Made by a program: the position numbers and the translations under genes. From Blasia pusilla (taxonomy: Eukaryota), in contig CM114271.1 in NCBI GenBank assembly GCA_050084515.1, positions 31,248,001-31,312,000 on the forward strand: a stretch of 64,000 nucleotides of DNA, read 5' to 3'. Shown piece by piece: positions 40,007 to 52,174 of this stretch (positions are counted from its first letter, which is position 1; each line of letters starts with the position of its first letter). Under the pieces are notes generated by a model. The model was not told the origin of the DNA and ran no database searches. It was given only the letters and a program-made list of their open reading frames with translations.

Positions 40007-40692
40007 CTACATATCATCCATTTGGTCACATCCTTCTTCCATCGAGTCACAGATGATCTTGTTGATACTCAATTTCAGGCGGTCAATCTGTCAAGAAATT
40101 ACACCATCTCTTCAGTATTACTTCGATAACCCATGCTTCGAACGGAATTGCTTTTGATGCTTCCACCGATTTTCTCCCTCAATTTCACGAGTTCCACGAT
40201 TGATTACGAATTCCAAACAAACCGGAAGCAACGCCTAGTAGATTGGAGGCGAGTTGTTAAACATGAATTACCTCATCGAGATGTTTGTATTTTGCTGCAT
40301 GGTCACGCTTTGGAACATGAGTCTTTAATTTCGCGACGGCTTCAAGAATCTCTGCCACCCTGTGTTCTCCAAGGTCACCGTCTGCAGATGGAAGCGTTCG
40401 AGCATATGTCAGTAAACGAAAAAATCCGCGCTGAATGTAAACATCTCCTAGTACAATCTTGAGAACGGCATAGAACGCGAGCGTAGAGAAAAAATCTACA
40501 GTAACATTCAAGAGTTTTCCCGATCGTCAGAGATTGAAGCTGAATCTAAATACCTCGTGAACCAGGGAAAATCCACTGGTCATCTTGGTGCGTATTCATC
40601 GCAGGGCTGACGGTCAGAATCCGGCCGGAAGCTTGAGAGGTCCATAAGCTCAAAGTGACCAGAATAACTAGAAGCAGGCGATTCATTCCCAT
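40007..40692 (-). CDS. Three-exon gene for a 109-aa putative secreted small protein (exons 40692-40554, 40381-40272, 40087-40007)
   Basis: Phase-consistent GT-AG introns give MGMNRLLLVILVTLSLWTSQASGRILTVSPAMNTHQDDQWIFPGSRDGDLGEHRVAEILEAVAKLKTHVPKRDHAAKYKHLDEIDRLKLSINKIICDSMEEGCDQMDDM*. The N-terminus looks like a signal peptide. Confidence 0.75.
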
Positions 40693-41101
40693 CCTCAAGG
40701 CCTCGTGGGTTTATTCGGAACTGTCGATGTACTAAAGAGTAAAATGAACAGACTTTAATCTACAATTCTCTCAAACCCAATCCTGATCTTGGAAGTTGTT
40801 TTCGCTGTATACGGAATTCGAGGAATAAGTCGAGTATCAGTTGCGACGAAGTAGACTAAGAAAGCCTGAAAACGCTTCTGTTCTTGATATCCACGAAAGA
40901 GTCCGAAGAAGTGAGAGAGATGGAAGCCGCCTCGTACGAAGGAGGGGTGACGATGCCAATGAGTTTGATCTCTCAATCGCTGCTTGTGGTGCAGGGAAGT
41001 ATCAATCTCCTTCTATAACGTTTCTATCTGAGGCGATCGTGATGTCAGATTGCTGGTTGCTGATGAAAAAGAAGTTCGGGCAAAGAAGCTCGGGCAGGCA
41101 C

Positions 41102-41109
41102 ATATATAT
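41102..41109 (-). promoter_or_regulatory. Possible TATA box of the secreted-protein gene
   Basis: ATATATAT about 410 bp upstream of the ATG, followed by a pyrimidine-rich leader. Confidence 0.35.
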
Positions 41110-44100
41110 CCCCGATGTGAAGACAAGTGGAGGGTTGTGCGGAGTCAACAGTTTGGAAATCAGGACGGCTCAAGCTTGCGGCTGAGTGCTTGCATCGTGG
41201 AGACGGAGTCAGGGAAGGTTTATTGTTGGAGTAATAAGCGGCACATCCCTAATACTGAATGATAATCGAAGAACAAGGAAACATTCCGTAGACAATCAGA
41301 GAGCTTCGATGGACTACCAAACGGAAGGACTAGGAACCTGGAAAGCCGTGTCCTGTTGGGAAGATTCGAGGGCCCACATATGAGTAAAGAGACTCCGGAA
41401 CGTCCACCACAATAGGAGTTGTACCGTCCGTCTCTCTCCGCTTCGTTATCCCCTATCTCATTTGAACTCGTAATCCATACTCTGATTACTCTCTGCCACG
41501 GATCTCAGTACGGTTACACGGTAGTAACGGTGCCACAGGAGTACTGTCTTCTCAAGGTCCCGTACTCCGAACTTCCTGAGGACCCGAACCCACAAGCGGA
41601 CAAAGGTTTGCTTAGAGATCAAGGTCTGCCAGGAGCGTAGCCTTATTTACTGTCCTCAGAAGTTTGACGGGGAATATGGTCCCGGCCACACGGGAATACC
41701 GCAGAGGCGATGGGCGGCGGCGAGTTAGGTCCCTTCTTCCACTGACCTACCGGGAAACGCCTTTCCACAGTACAGGTGGCTATCGAAAAGCAAACTGCAT
41801 AATTAGTGCGTCTATGAATATATCTCCTACCAACCGACTTTGGTTCGATTCCTCCTTTGGAAGATTTGAATGGTAAAGCGTCCGGCGATTCTATTGGCAA
41901 ACATTTGACAATACCCCCGGCCTACATCTCTAATTAGACTACAGGAACGCGTAATCCGATTTCCTCCGCGGCTTTTGTACTACGGTGCTCATAGAAAGGA
42001 TTCTATCGGGCTCGGTTCTTTGAACTTCTTTCGGTCAATCTGGCGGATCTGATATAAGTATTTCTGACGTTCTTAACCAGGTTTCGATTCCGCTTTTAAG
42101 TCTGTTTAAACTCTTCAGGGTAGTTAGTGGGTCTTCCTTCTAAACCAGAGACAAACCCGTCCGTGCGCATTTTAGCTCGCCTGACATATTTGGAGGCGCA
42201 TTAGATTCCATGGACGCAACGAATCCGGTTGAGATTACCAAAGACTTGAAGGTCTAGACCCGTTTACCACGTTTTTCATCCCAGTTTGTATCAAAATTTA
42301 TAATTTCATTTTCCTTTTACCACGTCCCGCACCGTTCAGTGGACGGGCTGAAAGCGGCACGAACTCATTCATCTTGGACGACCGTGGTCACGGGATGCGC
42401 ATGGCTACCTCAATCCCGCTTACTGTGTAAAACATAATGGGGCGCCCCTCCCAATCTGCACCCTCGGTACCTTAATACGGATGATGGTTCAGTTGAGCGG
42501 TCCTCGTTTTGAGAGAGACCAAAACACGCTGCAGCTGGGAATTGACCACTGGATTGGATGGATGGGTCGGGCTAAGGTTCTTCCAGCATCCTCCTCATAT
42601 TGATTACGGTAATGTGGATCGCATCGGTGTTTACCAACATTCTTTCCGCTGATTGATAATAGTGATTTCATCAATGCCTTGCGGTCGTGATGTGGGACCC
42701 GGCGCACGCGCGCTCGATCGAGCTTCTTCTTCTCCCTTGCGGTCGTCGTCCGTGACCATCTTTAGTGCAAAGATGGTTTTCTTTTCCGAGCTAGTGCTAG
42801 CTCGGAACCCGGCAACGTTTGTGCTTGCATCACGTTATCGACGAAGTGGATCTACCTATCTGCAACGTGAGCCGACCAGAATTCATAATGATATGTGTGT
42901 ATGGTGAGATAATCGAACCAAAAGAGAGACTGCTGCGAAAGCAACAAAACCACTCTGTGATTAGGGCGTTGATGCTCGAAGATGCCGTCCTCCTTTCTCT
43001 AACCCGAAGGTCGGGATTTTTTCTCCGTCGCTTCTCTACGACGAGCATGCAGTGATATTGGAGTCCTCCTCACTCCTCCGCACCTTATCGCCGTGTCATT
43101 TCTGGGGCGGAGGGTTTATTTTCGTGGACTCAGCGAAGACCTTGTGGGGTTGAGGTCAACTCAAGTTCGGGCCGGGTGCACATGCAGTTCTGCTGTGGGT
43201 AACAATATCGTAGTATTTTGGTCCTTCGTCGCCTAATCATGGAACGCGGGTCTTTACATGGAGGCCACGGTAATTACTACTGCAAAACCTACGAGGGCTG
43301 TGGACCATGACTGGGCGACGTGGGGCTCGACGGCGCACTCTTTCTTGGAGACCTTGTCTCAACACGTCCTTGACCCTCCAAAAGGCCCTCAACGCACAGT
43401 CCATGTAAATGTGGAATCCTCAACCTTGAGCATATCCTCTTTCTTTACTCGCCGAAATGCAGTATTTTTAAAAAACTACCTTTAAACGCTGTATTTCTTG
43501 CGGATCCCGGGAACGAAGAAAGCCTACACGGTTTGTGAAATTCGTCGCCGGCGCCGTAACTACGAATGGTAATTTAAAGCGAGAAGTGGCTGCAGGGTCT
43601 CCTGCGTTCTGCCGTGGCGAGACTTCCATCGCAGTCGTATGCTTACGACTTCAAATCGAGATCAAAGCCTTGTTATTTCTCCGTTTAGGTGCGGATCGAG
43701 TGGCTACTAGTGTTTTTCCTGACCCACTTGGATGGCCTCGTGTGCATCACTGCATCCTATCCCACACTGTTTCAGGTAACCCCTAAGGGATCTTTGATGG
43801 ATTTTCCATCAAGTTTTCCTTCATCCCTACCCTTCTTTAGCTTCCACTTTCTTGCTTTCGAAATCTACCGCCGGGATAAGTTTGAAGGCCTTACATGAGT
43901 GTCCAAACCACATTACTCGTCTCGTCTATTATCCACTTCTATTTGGAGCAAATAGCGGCTCGTGGCAACGGGCTCTCTTCACCCTTAGATTTATGGAAAG
44001 GGAGACCGTGTAGAACTTCTTCTCGGGACTTTTTTTTGGACGGCAAAAGTTCACAATCTCATGTTAATTTTCTGGAATGTTATGCCTCTTTCCTTCTCTT

Positions 44101-44389
44101 CTATTGATTGTGAATGCGCTTTCAAGAAGAAATTCTACACCTTTAGAGATAGTTGTTTTCTTAGAATCCTTCATTCAGATTAAGACTTGCCATGTTCATT
44201 CAAGTATGGACTTGAGATCCTATTGCATGCCGTGAAAAGCCTAACCTGGTAATGGTTCGAACGTAGTACCCCTTCAAATGTAGGAATGCGTTGTATAGAC
44301 GTGGGCACTTATTTGTGTTCCAAGAATCCAAACCTCTACTCAGGATGGCTGTGCCACCACTCGTGTGGCTAAAATCATCTGGTATCATC

Positions 44390-44600
44390 TGGTTCAGACG
44401 TGGTCACATTTCTGACGTGGTAAGGATCTAGATGTGGTACCCTCTCGGACGTGGTAATGCTCTATCCTTGTAGCCCTTCACACATGCAAACGCTTCACAC
44501 GTAATAGCCCTTCAGACTTGGAAACCCTTTAGACTAAGTAGACCTTCAGAAGGTATCATCGCTTTTGACGTGATGGCGGTTCAGACGTAATACCCCTTCG
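44390..44600. repeat. Degenerate ~20-bp tandem repeat with a TCAGACGTGGT core
   Basis: Repeated TTCAGACGTGG, TCTGACGTGG, TCGGACGTGG, TTCAGACTTGG, TTCAGACGTAA. Confidence 0.55.
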
Positions 44601-46283
44601 TTGTTGTGCTAAGTTGTTTGTACTACGGAAAAAGAACCAATCATGAAGAATTACTACCATTCACTACTTCGTGTTTCAATTAGTAGAGGTTTGGAGGGAG
44701 TCATTCTGCAACTGCCCTACAAATGTACTCTATTGTAGCCACGCAAGCCTACATAGCTTTGACAGGTGAATGTACGCTAGAACAATACCGAATATGGAAG
44801 TTTGAACCACGGGAATATATTGGAACATATGTAATGGTAAGGAATCTTGTAACATAATCACGGTGCTGCCAAATTCCTTCTCTTTCCGACAGTGAGTTTT
44901 TTACCAAGGTGGACGTCATCCTTGTTGGATTCAGTCTGGTGTTGGGACGTCATCGTTGTAAGTTTAGTATCAATTCCTAGATTTGCGAGAGAGACAGAAT
45001 GACGTTTAGTGATATGTTTCTGAATCAGGAGTTTGGATTGAATCTGGTGGTGTCGGTGGACCCCTGGTGTCAAAATATTTAGCTCATTGAATTCCACCGT
45101 AGACAAAAGCAACAAGTGCCCAAGGGACCGAGTTCCGAAATTCTTGAGGTTGTGCAGATCTCGACTTTCCAATTCACCAAGGATAGTTTACATCTACATA
45201 TGTTTGCACTAAATGGATTTGCGATGCATACTATATTGCTCGATTCTTATCTATCGTGTGTATAGAATTGGGTTTTCATTTGTGTTTAACGCGTTGCTTA
45301 CAAATTCTCGTGTGGGAGTAAAGTTTTTCAGTCTACAATCATGGTTAAGAAGCACATTCTTACCCAAAAAAACATTCAAGGCGCTTTGATCCGCAACCAA
45401 AGAGTGCCTTTCAATTTGAACTTTGTAAAGCCGATTATTCGGGCTTATGGGATAAACTTTAGAATATCGGTTGCGCAAGGGGTGTCCGAAATAAGACTGA
45501 ATGTTAAACTTGCAGCGAAGGAGAGCACAATTTGGGTGGAATGCGCTTGATTGGGTGTAGTATTGTTGCTAGTGACACGTTCTTGGTGTTGCACCTTTTA
45601 GTCACGTTCTAATTACAAATGTACCCAATGGCATCAAAATTATCGTGCGTCTACTCTCCTTGAACGTTAATCTTGTTGTTGCGGAAGCGTGCATTCAGTT
45701 GGTCACGCTCGCAATGCTGATTTGCATCCAAACACACACTTTGGTTAGTCGGGTCTTGGATCAATCAGCAGGCTAACTTTTTGATTGATCCAAAACCCGA
45801 CTAACCAATCAGCATCAAGCTTAACCTTCCTTGTTTTGCGGTTTACAACACGGGCAAGTCTCGAAAGACTCGGGACAGACTTTCTGGTTGGTTCAGGAAC
45901 CTCAAACGGTGTTTTAGTTCCAAATCAAACATTCGTGCACGATGGCAACGCCAGCATCGAATCTTAAGATCCGAATAGGACATTAAGATCCTATCGCGAG
46001 ATTCACTTGAGAAAACTATGGCCCTCAAGGGTATTTGTCTAACTGTGCAATAAGATGATTACAGTTTTGCCCCACTTTCCATACGGTGTAGGGCTAAAAA
46101 TTAATTGCCACTTCAATGTTATTGTGCAAATTTCATATTCATGCAATGGAATTTTGCATCGGTAATGTAGTGTATCTATAGGATGGATCATCCATCTTTG
46201 TTGGAAGAGCTAGAATCGTGGACATCCAGTTCCAAAAGAATAGTCCTGGTAACTCAGAAATTACCCGAAGCTAGCCGAAGCCT

Positions 46284-46963
46284 GCAACCCGTCGGCATCG
46301 GACGGGTTGCACGCTTCTGCTAAAAATTGTCGAAGCGAGCAACCCGTTGCTCTCCGACGAGTTGCTCGGATACCTATCCTTCTTGCCCGAAGATGCCGGA
46401 GGCGTGCAAACCATCTGTTCCCGACGAGTTCCGCGGGTGCCTCGCCTTTTAGCCCAAAGACGGCGAGGCGTGCAACCCGTCGCCCTCCAACGGGTTGCGC
46501 AAGGGCCTCGCCTTGTGGTGCAGCCAGCCAGACTCCGACAACTTGCATGGGAAGCCCTCGTTCCTAACCCTTGATAAGGGAAGCGTGCAACCCAACGGTC
46601 TCCGACAGATTGCCCAAGATACGTCTCGTTCCCGTCCCAAACACGGTGGAGGCGCGCAACATGTCGGGCTCCGACGGGTTGCGCGGGTTGTTCGCGTTGT
46701 TTTCCGAAGACGACGGAGGCGCTCAACCCGTCGGTCTCCGACGGGTTGCTCGCGCACGTGGCGACGTATCCAAGATGGCGGAGGCGCGCAACATGTCGGT
46801 CTCCGACGGGTTGCGCGGGAACCTCGCGTTCTTTTCCGAAGATGACGACGTACCCAAGATGGCGGAGGCGCGCAACATGTCGGTCTCCGACGGATTGCTC
46901 GCGCACGTGGCGACGGACACAGGATGGCGGAGTCGCGCAACCTGTCGGACTCCGACGGGTTGC
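46284..46963. repeat. Array of 11 palindromic 27-bp units (consensus GCAACCCGTCGG-TCT-CCGACGGGTTGC)
   Basis: Units start at 46284, 46339, 46406, 46472, 46520, 46587, 46656, 46723, 46788, 46872 and 46937; typical period 65-69 bp. Confidence 0.9.
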
Positions 46964-47052
46964 CATTTTTCACGTCCAGACTTCTGTAACATCCGGCACG
47001 TCGCCGTCGAAAGGACGACGGGACCCAACGGTCAGCCCAACCGCTAGAAAAG

Positions 47053-47060
47053 TATAAATA
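47053..47060 (+). promoter_or_regulatory. TATA box
   Basis: TATAAATA between the palindrome array and the downstream ORF. Confidence 0.5.
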
Positions 47061-47092
47061 GGGCAGAAATCGCTCATTTCCGGTTTCTCATT

Positions 47093-47839
47093 TTGCGATC
47101 TTCATTCCTCACTCCTCACTCTCCCGCGCAGCAGCTGATCAGATACGAAGGGGCATTTCATGTTAAGGACTCCTTGTGCATGTCTCTGGAGGAAGTCTTC
47201 GGAAGTTCAACAAGCAGTTACAATGGAAAACCTCTGTCCAATTTCATTGGAGCGTTCATCACATGGCCTCGTAATGGAGTTACAATAACTAATACATATG
47301 GTGGACGTGAGGATGTGGAAGGAGGGCCTTATTGCCCCACACAGTATTCAAAGAAAGTTTTCTTAAAAGATTCGAAGGGATCAGAGCTTCATATTAGTTC
47401 ACCGCGTGTTGCCGAAAGCTTCGATTCATATGAGATCCAACCTATGTCCTTCTTTGACGACCAACGACAACCGTGGGTGTGCATAATAGTTGATGAGTCA
47501 TACTACGAACCAGCTACCCACCCGGGTGGAAGAAGGCTACAAGATATGCTGGGAATGTTTGCAAAATATCCTAGATATTTGATTACAAAAAAATACAATG
47601 ATACCATGGATATTAGGAAGAGGAAGCATTCAGCCTGCAATACCTCCACCGACATACAAGTTACGGTCCCCATGATTGGTTGTATGGAATCAGTCTTTTT
47701 ACCGATGCAACTTACAAAGAACGATGGATGTCTAAATATCGGACATGAATTGTTCACTACATTCTATATCATAGTAAATCCCAAAACCTATTGGATTAGA
47801 AACTTGAACAGATCATTTATTTTAAACCCTAAATCCTAA
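47093..47839 (+). CDS. Uncharacterised ORF, possibly a transposon accessory protein (first ATG at 47180, 219 aa)
   Basis: Uninterrupted 248-codon frame. LSNFIGAFITWP resembles the (D)AIGxxIxWP motif of CACTA TnpA-associated proteins (weak). Confidence 0.45.
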   Translation: MRSSFLTPHSPAQQLIRYEGAFHVKDSLCMSLEEVFGSSTSSYNGKPLSNFIGAFITWPRNGVTITNTYGGREDVEGGPYCPTQYSKKVFLKDSKGSELHISSPRVAESFDSYEIQPMSFFDDQRQPWVCIIVDESYYEPATHPGGRRLQDMLGMFAKYPRYLITKKYNDTMDIRKRKHSACNTSTDIQVTVPMIGCMESVFLPMQLTKNDGCLNIGHELFTTFYIIVNPKTYWIRNLNRSFILNPKS

Positions 47840-48450
47840 ACTCTTCAAACCGTAAGCCCTAAGGGATTAATAAGCCTCAAGCCTAAAACCTAAAAACTAA
47901 GCCCTAGCCAAAAGAACGTAAACCTTTGTTGAAGCGTAGACACTAAACCCTAAAACCTAAGCCATAAACCATGAATCCTAGGCCATAAACCCTAAACCCT
48001 AATCCAAAAGCCCTAAACCCTAATCCCTAAACCTTAAACCCTAAGCCAAAACCCTTAAACCCTTAGAAAAAAACCCTAAACCCTAAGCCAAACACCCTAA
48101 ATCCTAAAACCTAAGTCAAAAACCCTAAGCCCTAAGCCATAAACCCTAAACCCTAAGCCATAAATCCTAAACCCTAAGCCATGAACCCGAAACCCTACAC
48201 CCTAAGCCAAAAACTCTAAAACCTTAGCCATAAACCCTAAACCCTAGGCCATAAACCCAAAACCCTTAGCCAAAAACGCTAAACTCTAAGCCATAAACCC
48301 TAAGCCCTAAGCCCTAAGTGAATACTAACTTAAAGAAATATAGAGAAATGTTATTAATCTAAACCCTCAACCCTCCACCCTAAGACATAAACCTTACACC
48401 CGAAGCGATAAACCTTAAATCTTAACCCGTAAACCCTAAATCCTAAACTA
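47824..48450 (+). repeat. Degenerate interstitial telomere-like tract
   Basis: Dense AAACCCT / AAGCCCT / AAGCCAT variants of the plant telomere repeat CCCTAAA. Confidence 0.9.
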
Positions 48451-49329
48451 GAAACATGGTTGACATAGAGAGTAAAACCTAAGTTGCACTCCTATTACAC
48501 TTTGTCTTAGTGTGCTAATAATCATATTAGAACAAAACCGGGTTTTTTAAAAGATCATATTATATTTGTCAAAATTGGTGTTATATGCATAATTCCTCAA
48601 TGATCATGAAAATTCAATTCAACAAATCCAAATTATTTGGGAATATTCAACTTTGTTTCTCTCATGATGTCCAATTACAACAATGGAAATAGGGCATCAA
48701 GCACTTTTACAACAAAATGTGCATTCTCAAATCAAATGAGTGTTTTCCATCTAAAAAATACTCATAGTGTGCATTGAATGAACTAAAGAGGAGGAATCCA
48801 AGTATTTTTCTCACTCCTCTCCAGATACAAAATGCTACTACCAAATGCTTGCTTCATTACTCGTCATGGTGGACTATCTTTAATTTCATGTTTGGAAATG
48901 GAAGCTCTACATACACCAACAAAACTTTGTACTTAAGTATTGGAAAAATGAACTATTCTTTTTACAATATGAATAGCTTCCTTAGATACAATTTCATCCA
49001 ATCAAATCCGTCATCAATCCTTCTATTTGAAGGAGTTGGCGACTATCGTACAACTCAACTCCTTGAAAAAAGTCAAAAGTCCTTCCGCATTGATTTCTTC
49101 CACAAAAACTCCAAACCTGTGAAACATCCATCTAGCAAGCTAAAGGGTGCTCTAAAGAGCCCCAACATGATGATCTTGGTCTCGATACTCAATTCCTATA
49201 CAAAATTGGGCAGCACTCCCGTGTGCCTATCTCTCGCATAAAAAGTTATCTCACTAAAATACATCAATGTAGTAGCTCCTATGAGCACTTTCATGGGGTG
49301 TTGAACAGAGAACATAGTCCCCAACTGCA

Positions 49330-49522
49330 AAACTAGAGAGAGAGAGAGAGACCTTTGGAGTTCATTCTTTCTTTGTAGAACCTCTCGACAAAGCTATGGT
49401 CCTCTTTGCCTTGTGAATAATACAAGACTCTCATTAGGAGAGTGGGTTTGGTTTGACAAGAGAGAGAGATAAGGGGATTGTATAATAGATTAGACGCATT
49501 TTGATTTACAAAGGGAGAATGA
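49330..49522 (+). repeat. 3' part of an A1-type repeat from an older family member
   Basis: CTCATTAGGAGAGTGGGTTTGGTTTGACA matches A. It continues TTTA-CAAAGGGAGAATGA like A1 (TTTA-CAAATAGAGAATGA), not into B. Confidence 0.7.
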
Positions 49523-50845
49523 AAAAAGTTCTACAATACGGGAGTTAATGAGCTAGAGATTTTTGCTGTTCTTACAGATTTTATGGATTTTCTTTGTTCA
49601 GAATATTGTGTGTAGAAGTGCTATCAAGTTTTGGTTGATGTTCCTAGGTAGCAAACTAATGTAAGGTAATAGTAGAGTTTTATGGAGCAATGCTCAATTG
49701 TAGGATTGGTTCAACAAGTAGGAGGGTTGAATAGTGAGTTTTGATTAGAAAACATTAGAAGAAAAGAGAATGGAGACGAAAATTATTTTAGGCCTAAATT
49801 AGATATTTAAGGATCGTTTGCATGGGGTTCATTGCAAGGGCTTAGATGGCCCTCAATCAATTGTGAGCACACACCATGTGACTTGTAGTTGAGGAGGCCA
49901 CATGGCATAAGCACATACTAGAGTCGGCCACGTAATTATGGGTAGGCACAAGTTATGGGAAGGCCTTAGGTAATCAAGTCCAACCATGTAGGATAAAAAG
50001 TTGAGAATGGAAGAACTGGGATACATATACGAGTGAAGACCTCAAATGGGCTTCCAATGAGGCAACTCTGTTGTCCATGCTCGTGCCCATGGGCACACAA
50101 AAAATACAATCTTTTCCATGTAAAATGAGAGTAAAAATCATTCACATAACCAAATTAATTCCACTTTCACATCTATATATTATTATATAGCCACATCCAC
50201 CCTTCATCATAAGGGAATCAAGACTCTACCTACCAAACCTTTAATTAAAGAGTGCTCTCAAGCTAAGGCTAAACATGAAAAAGATGGCTAGTGAGAGGTA
50301 TTTGCCACTAGTTAGCATAGAGGTGTCGATCCAACTGCATTATGATTCTATTTTTGCTTATAGGAGCTAATTTTTTATTCTAGTTTACAAGTTGACTTTG
50401 TGTGAGTCAATCCATTACAACTCCACACTTTTTTCCAAGTCACGATTGGTTTGTGATCGTCGACAGCTATTGTGCTATTGTGACCATAGAAACTTGCATT
50501 GGGATATAATGGAGTCACAAAAGTGATTGCAAGTCAGACTTATAATATGACCACAAATTGCGGCTTCAAGGACTTTTGTTTTGTAACTACGAAGGCTTGT
50601 AATGGAGTTGCAATAGGTTGCAGGGAGTTGTATGTAAAACAAACCTTTAGCCTTTTTAAAATTAATTTTCAGAGGGGCGGGATCCTCATTTCATGCTTGT
50701 GATTCTTCTTGGTGATAAGGGAGATGGGGAGTACCTCGAAGAGTCAATAAGGGAAGGTTTCCTGTTGGGAGTGCGTTGAGGTGCAAAATGTTATATTTTT
50801 AGTGGTTCCTTTCGCGAGAGGCCCATACTTATTGCAAGTAACATG

Positions 50846-50975
50846 GGGTCCTTCCATGTTTACAACATACTATGCCTAACATTTGAACTTCATTTGCAAT
50901 ATGCATTTTTAGTGGTTCATATTGCAAATGAAGTCCGAATGTTAAGCATAGTATGTTGTAAACATAGAAGGACCC
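50846..50975. repeat. 58-bp inverted repeat with a 14-nt loop
   Basis: Arms 50846-50903 and 50918-50975, four transition mismatches. Confidence 0.9.
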
Positions 50976-51711
50976 TAGAACATATGAATATTGGGTTGTG
51001 GGCGATAGCAAGCACATTGTAGAAAGAATTTGAACCTTGGAACACATGAGAAAACTAGAAAGGAGTGAGTTTGTGCCTCATACTAAAGAGCCTGAAATCT
51101 TTGAGGAATACTGTGTGGAGTATACACACAATGCAACCGAAGAGTTAATGATAGACTAAATCTCCAAGGAAGCCCAATGCATAATATCCACTTCTTAAAA
51201 ATCTTGTTTACTCTCTGGAAAGGGTTGAGTAGAAAATTTCAACTTGAAATTTTGGAAATATTTACTGAAAATTCAGCTGTCAAATTTCTTTTTGGATGTC
51301 GGCACCCATATGGGGGGACGCCAACGTCTTATGTTGGCATCAGATATTGATTATGGGCACTAGCTAGCACGGGCGTTGCTACCTCATGTTTAGAGTTAGT
51401 TGTAGAGAAGCTGGTGGACTTGCCTTTAGATCCTTTACTTGGGATGTCCACCTTAGATTCATAGCAGATTTTGGTTGTTAGGATAGTGAAGATGCCTGCT
51501 AGACCCACAATAGAGCATGCCATCATGTCTCCGGATGTTTTTTGGATAGATAAATTTAGTGCCATGGGCATACATATTGCTATACAACATAGATTGTTGT
51601 CACCAAATGCACATACAAACACACATGATCCCATGCTAACTGATGACATCCAAATATCGAGATGGTAAGAACCAAAATATTTCCAATAAATCAAATAACA
51701 CTCTCACAATG

Positions 51712-51817
<106 letters not shown>

Positions 51818-52174
51818 AAACCAAACCCACTTTCCTAATGAGAGATGACCATCGCTCCGCCGCCTCATTCCAAGAGGTTCAACAAAGAGAGAAATAAGCT
51901 CCAAAACCCTCTCTCCTTAGATATATGCCCTTCCCTCTCCTAATCTCTCTCCATGGCAACCTATGCTTGCATGTCACCTCCTTGGCTCTTGACATGCTCT
52001 AGTGGATCAAGGGCCAGTTCCCAAATTAGAAAGTCAACTATACTCAAAACGGTAGCTTATCCGAAATAGTAAATTTCTCTATATGGCTCCAAATGAGCCG
52101 AAACAAAGGGGAAACCTACTCTCTCATGTTACGCGTGGCCTTAGCAGGTCATCCTCGACCTCCTGTGGCTATCC

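Noticed and set aside
41400-43500. Protein-coding gene
   Set aside because: Gene-like composition, but no phase-consistent exon chain or recognisable domain could be assembled.
46284-46963. CRISPR array
   Set aside because: Eukaryotic context, no cas genes, degenerate repeats, and spacers related to each other (shared AAGATGGCGGAGGCGC-like ends).
47824-48450. Functional telomere
   Set aside because: Internal to the window and highly degenerate.
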